Source: Lingula anatina | Lineage: Eukaryota; Animalia; Brachiopoda | Direction of reading: 5' to 3' | DNA length: 64,000 bases | Assembly (NCBI GenBank): GCA_051362555.1 | Contig: JBPQGU010000016.1 | Span: 1-64,000, forward strand | Part shown: positions 62,908 to 64,000 of the stretch, one piece after another | Layout of the letters: every line of letters starts with the position of its first letter | Position numbering within the stretch: position 1 is the stretch's first letter | Translations under genes and position numbers: made by a program | The notes under the pieces: generated by a model | Told to the model about the DNA's origin: nothing | The model's database searches: none | Seen by the model: only the letters and a program-made list of their open reading frames with translations

Positions 62908-64000
62908 CTTTGTGGCGAAGTAATCGGATGGAAACTTTCAACCTCGTCACCGAAGGCGCCAGATTGGGTGCACATGTGTAGCCCTGCTGTCGCAATCGAT
63001 AATCCGGGTGTCGCATTTCGGCCCACGCAACCCCAGTCCCCGACATGAACGGTAAAATTCATGATGTACACGAAGCCGTGTTTGACAACCCGACTCGGAG
63101 CTCGGAGTTTGTTATATACTAAGATTGATTTTGGCTTTACCCATGATATTAAAGAGTACAGTGGGATCAGAGGCGGTGCACAACCGACGGGTTTTACTTT
63201 TAGCGAGACCATATAGGAGGAGAGAATTAATTTAAAAAAAAAAATACATTCAAGTGTTTAATTACTGGCGCGATTGCAGCCTTGGAAAATTTCGCGTAAA
63301 ACATATTTGGCAAAGAATTCCGCCGAGGAGATATCGTTTTTCTATCGAACACGGTTAACAGGTGGTATGACGTGCTGTTATACCGGAAAAGCTACAGAAT
63401 CGAAACAAGTTGGATCGTATTCATTGATAGGCCTGCTCTGTACATTCCTAGTAATAAAGATGACTTCGGATGCTGTTATTTTCATTTGGTTTTGCATTGA
63501 GATAACGTTTGGTTTCACCTTTGACGTTGTAGAGCACGATGACGTCCACAGCCGTTCACACCTCGGCGGTTTTAGTATTGAGTAGTCTTTACTCTTTCCA
63601 GTGTCGACTGCGGACATGCCCCGGGTAGTGTATGAACATATGAACAGTCTTGAGAACCAAGGGCCCAAGACAGGAAAGGAGGGGCTTAAAAAGACGAAAC
63701 GGGTGCCTGATAAAAGGAGTGGAGGTGACGCGACTTTTGTATAAAATCAAAAGTTTTCTCTCTGCTAATCCCAGCAAAAAGATGGCACATTTTGATGGAA
63801 TGCAAGCCATACGGAGTTAGCTATAGCTCAATTGAAGTTCAAGATCTGTGGCACCAATATAATGACTTTTAAGTGAAGAGAAAAGAAATATAATTGTCGA
63901 CGCAGATGTAAACTTTCTCAAGTATACCGTATTATTATGCAAAAGGTAATTTGCTAAGTCCCACGGGCGCCCTCATTCGTTCTCGTCTGGTGGCATCCCG

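Larger units (their letters stand above)
61136..64000 (+). repeat. Second tandem repeat with a 1404-bp unit: copy 1 at 61136-62711 (with MITE), copy 2 from 62712 past the window end
   Basis: 61841-62596 matches 63245-64000 at offset 1404 (ORFs 61870/63274, 61974/63378, 62185/63589). 61136-61653 matches 62712-63230 at offset 1576-1577, which is 1404 plus a 173-bp insertion. Confidence 0.95.

Noticed and set aside
60958-63810. ORFs of 73-178 aa in the junction and the 1404-bp unit
   Set aside because: No recognisable motifs. They overlap on both strands, and several run across the junction or the MITE, so they are chimeric.
1-64000. Hammerhead ribozyme or retrozyme-type satellite
   Set aside because: I found no CTGANGA core on either strand of the monomer or the 1404-bp unit (nearest are CTGAAAT, CTGAGAA, CTGACAC, CTGATAA). 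I could not build an HDV-like fold by eye either; an Rfam scan would be needed to exclude others.

Overview
Non-coding eukaryotic repeat DNA; I see no credible protein-coding gene. Positions 1 to about 60790 are an uninterrupted head-to-tail array of about 168 copies of a highly homogeneous 362-bp satellite monomer, and the roughly 200 short ORFs in the track are by-products of it. Shared variants reveal local block duplications of 2, 3, 4, 7, 9, 10 and 14 monomers, and substitutions recur at CpG sites. The array ends in a complex junction at 60792-61138. It holds an inverted 73-bp copy of neighbouring DNA replacing about 63 bp of satellite, one diverged terminal monomer, and a 21-bp templated duplication. 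A second tandem repeat with a 1404-bp unit follows (about 2 copies visible). Each unit carries two minus-strand Pol III-type (A-box/B-box) RNA-gene-like modules. One folds into a vault-RNA-like panhandle followed by a T-run; the other is tRNA-like, with a central insert and a TATA element at about -30. The first unit also carries a 168-bp MITE with 15-bp terminal inverted repeats and a 5-bp ATTAA target-site duplication. All alignments and folds were done by eye.
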